From contig CAXHJY010001198.1 of NCBI GenBank assembly GCA_964016885.1, positions 2,025 through 66,024 of the forward strand: 64,000 nt of DNA, written 5' to 3'. The translations under genes were made by a program, and so were the position numbers. This DNA is from Eledone cirrhosa (taxonomy: Eukaryota). Within the stretch, counting starts at the first letter, position 1; the number at the start of each line of letters is the position of its first letter. Below, piece after piece: positions 29,467 to 43,539 of this stretch. The notes below the pieces were generated by a model that did not search any database, was not told the origin of the DNA, and saw only the letters and a list, made by a program, of their open reading frames with translations.

Positions 29467-31159
29467 ACTCTACCAATTACTGTCAACCCACTGCCCTAGA
29501 CATGTGTGACACTCTACCAATTACTGTCAATCCACCGCCCTAGACATGTGACACTCTACCAATTACTGTCAATCCACTGCCCTAGACATGTGTGACACTC
29601 TACCAATTACTGTCAACCCACTGCCCTAGACACGTGTGACACTCTACCAATTACTGTCAGTCCACTGCCCTAGACATGTGTGACACTCTACCAATTACTG
29701 TCAGTCCACCGCCCTAGACATGTGTGACACTCTACCAATTACTGTCAGTCCACTGCCCTAGACATGTGTGACACTCTACCAATTACTGTCAATCCACTGC
29801 CCTAGACATGTGTGACACTCTACCAATTACTGTCAGTCCACTGCCCTAGACATGTGTGACACTCTACCAATTACTGTCAGTCCACTGCCCTAGACATGTG
29901 TGACACTCTACCAATTACTGTCAATCCACTGCCCTAGACATGTGTGACACTCTACCAATTACTGTCAATCCACTGCCCTAGACATGTGTGACACTCTACC
30001 AATTACTGTCAGTCCACTGCCCTAGACATGTGTGACACTCTACCAATTACTGTCAGTCCACCGCCCTAGACATGTGTGACACTCTACCAATTACTGTCAA
30101 TCCACCGCCCTAGACATGTGTGACACTCTACCAATTACTGTCAATCCACTGCCCTAGACATGTGTGACACTCTACCAATTACTGTCAGTCCACTGCCCTA
30201 GCCATGTGTGACTACCAATTACTGTCAATCCACCTCCCTAGACATGTGTGACACTCTACCAATTACTGTCAATCCACTGCCCTAGACATGTGTGACACTC
30301 TACCAATTACTGTCAATCCACTGCCCTAGACATGTGACACTCTACCAATTACTGTCAATCCACTGCCCTAGACATGTGTGACACTCTACCAATTACTGTC
30401 AGTCTACTGCCCTAGACATGTGTGACACTCTACCAATTACTGTCACTCCACCGCCCTAGACATGTGTGACACTCTACCAATTACTGTCAATCCACTGCCG
30501 TAGACATGTGTGACACTCTACCAATTACTGTCAATCCACTGCCCTAGACATGTGTGACACTCTACCAATTACTGTCAATCCACTGCCCTAGACATGTGTG
30601 ACACTCTACCAATTACTGTCAATCCACTGCCCTAGACATGTGTGACACTCTACCAATTACTGTCAATCCACTGCCCTAGACATGTGTGACACTCTACCAA
30701 TTACTGTCAATCCACTGCCCTAGACATGTGTGACACTCTATCAATTACTGTCAGTCCACTGCCCTAGACATGTGTGACACTCTACCAAGTACTGTCAATC
30801 CACTGCCCTAGACATGTGTGACACTCTACCAATTACTGTCAATCCACTGCCCTAGACATGTGTGACACTCTACCAATTACTGTCAGTCTACTGCCCTAGA
30901 CGTGTGTGACACTCTACCAATTACTGTCAATCCACCGCCCTAGACATGTGTGACACTCTACCAATTACTGTCAATCCACTGCCCTAGACACGTGTGACAC
31001 TCTACCAATTACTGTCAGTCTACTGCCCTAGACATGTGTGACACTCTACCAATTACTGTCAGTCCACTGCCCTAGACATGTGTGACACTCTACCAATTAC
31101 TGTCAGTCTACTGCCCTAGACATGTGTGACACTCTACCAATTACTGTCAATCCACCGCC

Positions 31160-31590
31160 CTAGACATGTGTGACACTCTACCAATTACTGTCAATCCACT
31201 GCCTCAGACATTTGTGACACTCTACCAATTACTGTCAATCCACCGCCCTAGACATGTGTGACACTCTACCAATTACTGTCAATCCACTGCCCTAGACATG
31301 TGTGACACTCTACCAATTACTGTCAATCCACTGCCTCAGACATTTGTGACACTCTACCAATTACTGTCAATCCACCGCCCTAGACATGTGTGACACTCTA
31401 CCAATTACTGTCAATCCACTGCCCTAGACATGTGTGACACTCTACCAATTACTGTCAATCCACTGCCTCAGACATTTGTGACACTCTACCAATTACTGTC
31501 AATCCACCGCCCTAGACATGTGTGACACTCTACCAATTACTGTCAATCCACTGCCCTAGACATGTGTGACACTCTACCAATTACTGTCAG
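31160..31590. repeat. 132-bp trimer repeated three times
   Basis: GCCTCAGACATTT at 31201, 31333 and 31465. Confidence 0.9.
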
Positions 31591-33789
31591 TCCACTGCCC
31601 TAGACATGTGTGACACTCTACCAATTACTGTCAATCCACCGCCCTAGACATGTGTGACACTCTACCAATTACTGTCAATCCACCACCCTAGACATGTGTG
31701 ACACTCTACCGATTACTGTCAATCCACTGCCCTAGACATGTGTGACACTCTACCAATTACTGTCAGTCCACTGCCCTAGACATGTGTGACACTCTACCAA
31801 TTACTGTCAATCCACTGCCCTAGACATGTGTGACACTCTACCAATTACTGTCAGTCTACTGCCCTAGACATGTGTGACACTCTACCAATTACTGTCAGTC
31901 CACTGCCCTAGACATGTGTGACACTCTACCAATTACTGTCAATCCACCGCCCTAGACATGTGTGACACTCTACCAATTACTGTCAATCCACTGCCCTAGA
32001 CATGTGTGACACTCTACCAATTACTGTCAATCCACTGCCCTAGACATGTGTGACACTCTACCAATTACTGTCAATCAACTGCCCTAGACATGTGTGACAC
32101 TCTACCAATTACTGTCAATCCACTGCCCTAGACATGTGTGACACTCTACCAATTACTGTCAATCCACTGCCCTAGACATGTGTGACACTCTACCAATTAC
32201 TGTCAATCCACTGCCCTAGACATGTGTGACACTCTACCAATTACTGTCAGTCCACTGCCCTAGACATGTGTGACACTCTACCAAGTACTGTCAATCCACT
32301 GCCCTAGACATGTGTGACACTCTACCAATTACTGTCAATCCACTGCCCTAGACATGTGTGACACTCTACCAATTACTGTCAGTCTACTGCCCTAGACGTG
32401 TGTGACACTCTACCAATTACTGTCAATCCACCGCCCTAGACATGTGTGACACTCTACCAATTACTGTCAATCCACTGCCCTAGACACGTGTGACACTCTA
32501 CCAATTACTGTCAGTCTACTGCCCTAGACATGTGTGACACTCTACCAATTACTGTCAGTCCACTGCCCTAGACATGTGTGACACTCTACCAATTACTGTC
32601 AGTCCACTGCCCTAGACATGTGTGACACTCTACCAATTACTGTCAGTCCACTGCCCTAGACATGTGTGACACTCTACCAATTACTGTCAATCCACCGCCC
32701 TAGACATGTGTGACACTCTACCAATTACTGTCAATCCACTGCCCTAGACATGTGTGACACTCTACCAATTACTGTCAGTCCACTGCCCTAGACATGTGTG
32801 ACACTCTACCAATTACTGTCAATCAACTGCCCTAGACATGTGTGACACTCTACCAATTACTGTCAGTCTACTGCCCTAGACATGTGTGACACTCTACCAA
32901 TTACTGTCAGTCCACTGCCCTAGACATGTGTGACACTCTACCAATTACTGTCAATCCACCGCCCTAGACATGTGTGACACTCTACCAATTACTGTCAATC
33001 CACTGCCCTAGACATGTGTGACACTCTACCAATTAATGTCAATCCACTGCCCTAGACATGTGTGACACTCTACCAATTACTGTCAATCCACCGCCCTAGA
33101 CATGTGTGACACTCTACCAATTACTGTCAATCCACCGCCCTAGACATGTGTGACACTCTACCAATTACTGTCAATCCACTGCCCTAGACATGTGTGACAC
33201 TCTACCAATTACTGTCAATCCACTGCCCTAGACATGTGTGACACTCTACCAATTACTGTCAATCCACCGCCCTAGACATGTGTGACACTCTACCAATTAC
33301 TGTCAATCCACTGCCCTAGACATGTGTGACGCTCTACCAATTACTGTCAGTCCACTGCCCTAGATATGTGTGACACTCTACCAATTACTGTCAATCCACT
33401 GCCCTAGACATGTGTGACACTCTACCAATTACTGTCAATCCACCGCCCTAGACATGTGTGACACTCTACCAATTACTGTCAACCCACCGCCCTAGACATG
33501 TGTGACACTCTACCAATTACTGTCAACCCACTGCCCTAGACATGTGTGACACTCTACCAATTACTGTCAATCCACCGCCCTAGACATGTGACACTCTACC
33601 AATTACTGTCAATCCACTGCCCTAGACATGTGTGACACTCTACCAATTACTGTCAACCCACTGCCCTAGACACGTGTGACACTCTACCAATTACTGTCAG
33701 TCCACTGCCCTAGACATGTGTGACACTCTACCAATTACTCTTAGTCCACCGCCCTAGACATGTGTGACACTCTACCAATTACTGTCAGT

Positions 33790-36700
33790 CCACTGCCCTA
33801 GACATGTGTGACACTCTACCAATTACTGTCAATCCACTGCCCTAGACATGTGTGACACTCTACCAATTACTGTCAGTCCACTGCCCTAGACATGTGTGAC
33901 ACTCTACCAATTACTGTCAGTCCACTGCCCTAGACATGTGTGACACTCTACCAATTACTGTCAATCCACTGCCCTAGACATGTGTGACACTCTACCAATT
34001 ACTGTCAATCCACTGCCCTAGACATGTGTGACACTCTACCAATTACTGTCAGTCCACTGCCCTAGACATGTGTGACACTCTACCAATTACTGTCAGTCCA
34101 CCGCCCTAGACATGTGTGACACTCTACCAATTACTGTCAATCCACCGCCCTAGACATGTGTGACACTCTACCAATTACTGTCAATCCACTGCCCTAGACA
34201 TGTGTGACACTCTACCAATTACTGTCAGTCCACTGCCCTAGCCATGTGTGACTACCAATTACTGTCAATCCACCTCCCTAGACATGTGTGACACTCTACC
34301 AATTACTGTCAATCCACTGCCCTAGACATGTGTGACACTCTACCAATTACTGTCAATCCACTGCCCTAGACATGTGTGACACTCTACCAATTACTGTCAG
34401 TCTACTGCCCTAGACATGTGTGACACTCTACCAATTACTGTCACTCCACCGCCCTAGACATGTGTGACACTCTACCAATTACTGTCAATCCACTGCCGTA
34501 GACATGTGTGACACTCTACCAATTACTGTCAATCCACTGCCCTAGACATGTGTGACACTCTACCAATTACTGTCAATCCACTGCCCTAGACATGTGTGAC
34601 ACTCTACCAATTACTGTCAATCCACTGCCCTAGACATGTGTGACACTCTACCAATTACTGTCAATCCACTGCCCTAGACATGTGTGACACTCTACCAATT
34701 ACTGTCAATCCACTGCCCTAGACATGTGTGACACTCTACCAATTACTGTCAATCCACTGCCCTAGACATGTGTGACACTCTACCAATTACTGTCAATCCA
34801 CTGCCCTAGACATGTGTGACACTCTACCAATTACTGTCAATCCACTGCCCTAGACATGTGTGACACTCTACCAATTACTGTCAATCCACTGCCCTAGACA
34901 TGTGTGACACTCTACCAATTACTGTCACTCCACCGCCCTAGACATGTGTGACACTCTACCAATTACTGTCAATCCACTGCCGTAGACATGTGTGACACTC
35001 TACCAATTACTGTCAATCCACTGCCCTAGACATGTGTGACACTCTACCAATTACTGTCAATCCACTGCCCTAGACATGTGTGACACTCTACCAATTACTG
35101 TCAATCCACTGCCCTAGACATGTGTGACACTCTACCAATTACTGTCAATCCACTGCCCTAGACATGTGTGACACTCTACCAATTACTGTCAATCCACTGC
35201 CCTAGACATGTGTGACACTCTACCAATTACTGTCAATCCACTGCCGTAGACATGTGTGACACTCTACCAATTACTGTCAATCCACTGCCCTAGACATGTG
35301 TGACACTCTACCAATTACTGTCAATCCACTGCCCTAGACATGTGTGACACTCTACCAATTACTGTCAATCCACTGCCCTAGACATGTGTGACACTCTACC
35401 AATTACTGTCAATCCACTGCCCTAGACATGTGTGACACTCTACCAATTACTGTCAATCCACTGCCCTAGACATGTGTGACACTCTACCAATTACTGTCAA
35501 TCCACTGCCCTAGACATGTGTGACACTCTACCAATTACTGTCAATCCACTGCCCTAGACATGTGTGACACTCTACCAATTACTGTCAATCCACTGCCCTA
35601 GACATGTGTGACACTCTACCAATTACTGTCAATCCACTGCCCTAGACATGTGTGACACTCTACCAATTACTGTCAATCCACTGCCCTAGACATGTGTGAC
35701 ACTCTACCAATTACTGTCAGTCTACTGCCCTAGACGTGTGTGACACTCTACCAATTACTGTCAATCCACCGCCCTAGACATGTGTGACACTCTACCAATT
35801 ACTGTCAATCCACTGCCCTAGACATGTGTGACACTCTACCAATTACTGTCAGTCTACTGCCCTAGACATGTGTGACACTCTACCAATTACTGTCAATCCA
35901 CTGCCCTAGATATGTGTGACATTCTACCAATTACTGTCAATCCACTGCCTCAGACATTTGTGACACTCTACCAATTACTGTCAGTCCACTGCCCTAGATA
36001 TGTGTGACACTCTACCAATTACTGTCAATCCACTGCCCTAGACATGTGTGACACTCTACCAATTACTGTCAATCCACCGCCCTAGACATGTGTGACACTC
36101 TACCAATTACTGTCAATCCACTGCCCTAGACATGTGTGACACTCTACCAATTACTGTCAACCCACCGCCCTAGACATGTGTGACACTCTACCAATTACTG
36201 TCAACCCACTGCCCTAGACATGTGTGACACTCTACCAATTACTGTCAATCCACCGCCCTAGACATGTGTGACACTCTACCAATTACTGTCAATCCACCGC
36301 CCTAGACATGTGTGACACTCTACCAATTACTGTCAACCCACTGCCCTAGACATGTGTGACACTCTACCAATTACTGTCAATCCACCGCCCTAGACATGTG
36401 TGACACTCTACCAATTACTGTCAACCCACCGCCCTAGACATGTGTGACACTCTACCAATTACTGTCAACCCACTGCCCTAGACATATGTGACACTCTACC
36501 AATTACTGTCAATCCACCGCCCTAGACATGTGACACTCTACCAATTACTGTCAATCCACTGCCCTAGACATGTGTGACACTCTACCAATTACTGTCAACC
36601 CACTGCCCTAGACATGTGTGACACTCTACCAATTACTGTCAATCCACTGCCCTAGACATGTGTGACACTCTACCAATTACTGTCAGTCCACTGCCCTAGA

Positions 36701-39700
36701 CATGTGTGACACTCTACCAATTACTGTCAGTCCACTGCCCTAGACATGTGTGACACTCTACCAATTACTGTCAATCCACTGCCCTAGACATGTGTGACAC
36801 TCTACCAATTACTGTCAATCCACTGCCCTAGACATGTGTGACACTCTACCAATTACTGTCAATCCACTGCCCTAGACATGTGTGACACTCTACCAATTAC
36901 TGTCAGTCCACTGCCCTAGACATGTGTGACTACCAATTACTGTCAATCCACCTCCCTAGACATGTGTGACACTCTACCAATTACTGTCAATCCACTGCCC
37001 TAGACATGTGTGACACTCTACCAATTACTGTCAATCCACTGCCCTAGACATGTGTGACACTCTACCAATTACTGTCAATCCACTGCCCTAGACATGTGTG
37101 ACACTCTACCAATTACTGTCAATCCACTGCCCTAGACATGTGTGACACTCTACCAATTACTGTCAGTCCACTGCCCTAGACATGTGTGACACTCTACCAA
37201 TTACTGTCAATCCACTGCCCTAGACATGTGTGACACTCTACCAATTACTGTCAGTCCACTGCCCTAGACATGTGTGACACTCTACCAATTACTGTCAGTC
37301 CACTGCCCTAGACATGTGTGACACTCTACCAATTACTGTCAATCCACTGCCCTAGACATGTGTGACACTCTACCAATTACTGTCAATCCACTGCCCTAGA
37401 CATGTGTGACACTCTACCAATTACTGTCAGTCCACTGCCCTAGACATGTGTGACACTCTACCAATTACTGTCAGTCCACCGCCCTAGACATGTGTGACAC
37501 TCTACCAATTACTGTCAATCCACCGCCCTAGACATGTGTGACACTCTACCAATTACTGTCAATCCACTGCCCTAGACATGTGTGACACTCTACCAATTAC
37601 TGTCAGTCCACTGCCCTAGCCATGTGTGACTACCAATTACTGTCAATCCACCTCCCTAGACATGTGTGACACTCTACCAATTACTGTCAATCCACTGCCC
37701 TAGACATGTGTGACACTCTACCAATTACTGTCAATCCACTGCCCTAGACATGTGTGACACTCTACCAATTACTGTCAGTCTACTGCCCTAGACATGTGTG
37801 ACACTCTACCAATTACTGTCACTCCACCGCCCTAGACATGTGTGACACTCTACCAATTACTGTCAATCCACTGCCGTAGACATGTGTGACACTCTACCAA
37901 TTACTGTCAATCCACTGCCCTAGACATGTGTGACACTCTACCAATTACTGTCAATCCACTGCCCTAGACATGTGTGACACTCTACCAATTACTGTCAATC
38001 CACTGCCCTAGACATGTGTGACACTCTACCAATTACTGTCAATCCACTGCCCTAGACATGTGTGACACTCTACCAATTACTGTCAATCCACTGCCCTAGA
38101 CATGTGTGACACTCTACCAATTACTGTCAATCCACTGCCCTAGACATGTGTGACACTCTACCAATTACTGTCAATCCACTGCCCTAGACATGTGTGACAC
38201 TCTACCAATTACTGTCAATCCACTGCCCTAGACATGTGTGACACTCTACCAATTACTGTCAATCCACTGCCCTAGACATGTGTGACACTCTACCAATTAC
38301 TGTCACTCCACCGCCCTAGACATGTGTGACACTCTACCAATTACTGTCAATCCACTGCCGTAGACATGTGTGACACTCTACCAATTACTGTCAATCCACT
38401 GCCCTAGACATGTGTGACACTCTACCAATTACTGTCAATCCACTGCCCTAGACATGTGTGACACTCTACCAATTACTGTCAATCCACTGCCCTAGACATG
38501 TGTGACACTCTACCAATTACTGTCAATCCACTGCCCTAGACATGTGTGACACTCTACCAATTACTGTCAATCCACTGCCCTAGACATGTGTGACACTCTA
38601 CCAATTACTGTCAATCCACTGCCGTAGACATGTGTGACACTCTACCAATTACTGTCAATCCACTGCCCTAGACATGTGTGACACTCTACCAATTACTGTC
38701 AATCCACTGCCCTAGACATGTGTGACACTCTACCAATTACTGTCAATCCACTGCCCTAGACATGTGTGACACTCTACCAATTACTGTCAATCCACTCCCC
38801 TAGACATGTGTGACACTCTACCAATTACTGTCAATCCACTGCCCTAGACATGTGTGACACTCTACCAATTACTGTCAATCCACTGCCCTAGACATGTGTG
38901 ACACTCTACCAATTACTGTCAATCCACTGCCCTAGACATGTGTGACACTCTACCAATTACTGTCAATCCACTGCCCTAGACATGTGTGACACTCTACCAA
39001 TTACTGTCAATCCACTGCCCTAGACATGTGTGACACTCTACCAATTACTGTCAATCCACTGCCCTAGACATGTGTGACACTCTACCAATTACTGTCAATC
39101 CACTGCCCTAGACATGTGTGACACTCTACCAATTACTGTCAGTCTACTGCCCTAGACGTGTGTGACACTCTACCAATTACTGTCAATCCACCGCCCTAGA
39201 CATGTGTGACACTCTACCAATTACTGTCAATCCACTGCCCTAGACATGTGTGACACTCTACCAATTACTGTCAGTCTACTGCCCTAGACATGTGTGACAC
39301 TCTACCAATTACTGTCAATCCACTGCCCTAGATATGTGTGACATTCTACCAATTACTGTCAATCCACTGCCTCAGACATTTGTGACACTCTACCAATTAC
39401 TGTCAGTCCACTGCCCTAGATATGTGTGACACTCTACCAATTACTGTCAATCCACTGCCCTAGACATGTGTGACACTCTACCAATTACTGTCAATCCACC
39501 GCCCTAGACATGTGTGACACTCTACCAATTACTGTCAATCCACTGCCCTAGACATGTGTGACACTCTACCAATTACTGTCAACCCACCGCCCTAGACATG
39601 TGTGACACTCTACCAATTACTGTCAACCCACTGCCCTAGACATGTGTGACACTCTACCAATTACTGTCAATCCACCGCCCTAGACATGTGTGACACTCTA

Positions 39701-40590
39701 CCAATTACTGTCAATCCACCGCCCTAGACATGTGTGACACTCTACCAATTACTGTCAACCCACTGCCCTAGACATGTGTGACACTCTACCAATTACTGTC
39801 AATCCACCGCCCTAGACATGTGTGACACTCTACCAATTACTGTCAACCCACCGCCCTAGACATGTGTGACACTCTACCAATTACTGTCAACCCACTGCCC
39901 TAGACATGTGTGACACTCTACCAATTACTGTCAATCCACCGCCCTAGACATGTGACACTCTACCAATTACTGTCAATCCACTGCCCTAGACATGTGTGAC
40001 ACTCTACCAATTACTGTCAACCCACTGCCCTAGACATGTGTGACACTCTACCAATTACTGTCAATCCACTGCCCTAGACATGTGTGACACTCTACCAATT
40101 ACTGTCAGTCCACTGCCCTAGACATGTGTGACACTCTACCAATTACTGTCAGTCCACTGCCCTAGACATGTGTGACACTCTACCAATTACTGTCAATCCA
40201 CTGCCCTAGACATGTGTGACACTCTACCAATTACTGTCAATCCACTGCCCTAGACATGTGTGACACTCTACCAATTACTGTCAATCCACTGCCCTAGACA
40301 TGTGTGACACTCTACCAATTACTGTCAGTCCACTGCCCTAGACATGTGTGACTACCAATTACTGTCAATCCACCTCCCTAGACATGTGTGACACTCTACC
40401 AATTACTGTCAATCCACTGCCCTAGACATGTGTGACACTCTACCAATTACTGTCAATCCACTGCCCTAGACATGTGTGACACTCTACCAATTACTGTCAA
40501 TCCACTGCCCTAGACATGTGTGACACTCTACCAATTACTGTCAATCCACTGCCCTAGACATGTGTGACACTCTACCAATTACTGTCAGTC
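33790..40590. repeat. Tandem duplication of about 3.4 kb (offset 3378 then 3422)
   Basis: GCCATG 34241/37619 and CTGCCG 35241/38619 at offset 3378. TAGACGTG 35731/39153, GCCTCAG monomer 35941/39363 and CCTCCC 36951/40373 at offset 3422. Confidence 0.9.
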
Positions 40591-43539
40591 CACTGCCCTA
40601 GACATGTGTGACTACCAATTATTGTCAATCCACCTCCCTAGACATGTGTGACACTCTACCAATTACTGTCAGTCCACTGCCCTAGACATGTGTGACTACC
40701 AATTACTGTCAATCCACCTCCCTAGACATGTGTGACACTCTACCAATTACTGTCAATCCACTGCCCTAGACATGTGTGACACTCTACCAATTACTGTCAA
40801 TCCACTGCCCTAGACATGTGTGACACTCTACCAATTACTGTCAATCCACTGCCCTAGACATGTGTGACACTCTACCAATTACTGTCAGTCCACTGCCCTA
40901 GACATGTGTGACACTCTACCAATTACTGTCAGTCCACTGCCCTAGACATGTGTGACACTCTACCAATTACTGTCAATCCACTGCCCTAGACATGTGTGAC
41001 ACTCTACCAATTACTGTCAATCCACTGCCCTAGACATGTGTGACACTCTACCAATTACTGTCAATCCACTGCCCTAGACATGTGTGACACTCTACCAATT
41101 ACTGTCAGTCCACTGCCCTAGACATGTGTGACACTCTACCAATTACTGTCAATCCACTGCCCTAGACATGTGTGACACTCTACCAATTACTGTCAATCCA
41201 CTGCCCTAGACATGTGTGACACTCTACCAATTACTGTCAATCCACTGCCCTAGACATGTGTGACACTCTACCAATTACTGTCAATCCACTGCCCTAGACA
41301 TGTGTGACACTCTACCAATTACTGTCAATCCACTGCCCTAGACATGTGTGACACTCTACCAATTACTGTCAGTCCACTGCCCTAGACATGTGTGACTACC
41401 AATTACTGTCAATCCACCTCCCTAGACATGTGTGACACTCTACCAATTACTGTCAGTCCACTGCCCTAGACATGTGTGACTACCAATTACTGTCAATCCA
41501 CCTCCCTAGACATGTGTGACACTCTACCAATTACTGTCAATCCACTGCCCTAGACATGTGTGACACTCTACCAATTACTGTCAATCCACTGCCCTAGACA
41601 TGTGTGACACTCTACCAATTACTGTCAGTCCACTGCCCTAGACATGTGTGACTACCAATTACTGTCAATCCACCTCCCTAGACATGTGTGACACTCTACC
41701 AATTACTGTCAATCCACTGCCCTAGACATGTGTGACACTCTACCAATTACTGTCAATCCACTGCCCTAGACATGTGACACTCTACCAATTACTGTCAATC
41801 CACTGCCCTAGACATGTGTGACACTCTACCAATTACTGTCAATCCACTGCCCTAGACATGTGTGACACTCTACCAATTACTGTCAGTCTACTGCCCTCGA
41901 CATGTGTGACACTCTACCAATTACTGTCACTCCACCGCCCTAGACATGTGTGACACTCTACCAATTACTGTCAATCCACTGCCGTAGACATGTGTGACAC
42001 TCTACCAATTACTGTCAATCCACTGCCCTAGACATGTGTGACACTCTACCAATTACTGTCAATCCACTGCCCTAGACATGTGTGACACTCTACCAATTAC
42101 TGTCAATCCACTGCCCTAGACATGTGTGACACTCTACCAATTACTGTCAATCCACTGCCCTAGACATGTGTGACACTCTACCAATTACTGTCAATCCACT
42201 GCCCTAGACATGTGTGACACTCTACCAATTACTGTCAGTCCACTGCCCTAGACATGTGACACTCTACCAAGTACTGTCAATCCACTGCCCTAGACATGTG
42301 TGACACTCTACCAATTACTGTCAATCCACTGCCGTAGACATGTGTGACACTCTACCAATTACTGTCAGTCTACTGCCCTAGACGTGTGTGACACTCTACC
42401 AATTACTGTCAATCCACCGCCCTAGACGTGTGTGACACTCTACCAATTACTGTCAATCCACTGCCCTAGACACGTGTGACACTCTACCAATTACTGTCAG
42501 TCTACTGCCCTAGACATGTGTGACACTCTACCAATTACTGTCAGTCCACTGCCCTAGACATGTGTGACACTCTACCAATTACTGTCAGTCTACTGCCCTA
42601 GACATGTGTGACACTCTACCAATTACTGTCAATCCACCGCCCTAGACATGTGTGACACTCTACCAATTACTGTCAATCCACTGCCCTAGACATGTGTGAC
42701 ACTCTACCAATTACTGTCAGTCCACTGCCCTAGATATGTGTGACATTCTACCAATTACTGTCAATCCACTGCCTCAGACATTTGTGACACTCTACCAATT
42801 ACTGTCAATCCACCGCCCTAGACATGAGTGACACTCTACCAATTACTGTCAATCCACTGCCCTAGACATGTGTGACACTCTACCAATTACTGTCAGTCGA
42901 CTGCCCTAGACATGTGTGACACTCTACCAATTACTGTCAATCCACTGCCCTAGACATGTGTCACACTCTACCAATTACTGTCAATCCACCGCCCTAGACA
43001 TGTGTGACACTCTACCAATTACTGTCAATCCACCACCCTAGACATGTGTGACACTCTACCAATTACTGTCAATCCACTGCCCTAGACATGTGTGACACTC
43101 TACCAATTACTGTCAGTCCACTGCCCTAGACATGTGTGACACTCTACCAATTACTGTCAATCCACTGCCCTAGACATGTGTGACACTCTACCAATTACTG
43201 TCAGTCTACTGCCCTAGACATGTGTGACACTCTACCAATTACTGTCAGTCCACTGCCCTAGACATGTGTGACACTCTACCAATTACTGTCAATCCACCGC
43301 CCTAGACATGTGTGACACTCTACCAATTACTGTCAATCCACTGCCCTAGACATGTGTGACACTCTACCAATTACTGTCAGTCCACTGCCCTAGACATGTG
43401 TGACTACCAATTACTGTCAATCCACCGCCCTAGACATGTGTGACACTCTACCAATTACTGTGAGTCCACTGCCCTAGACATGTGTGACACTCTACCAATT
43501 ACTGTCAGTCCACTGCCCTAGATATGTGTGACACTCTAC

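Noticed and set aside
29252-29509. 85-aa ORF as a real gene
   Set aside because: It starts at GTG inside a monomer, is simply the translation of five 42-bp satellite units, ends at the first 44-bp unit, and has no unique flanking sequence.
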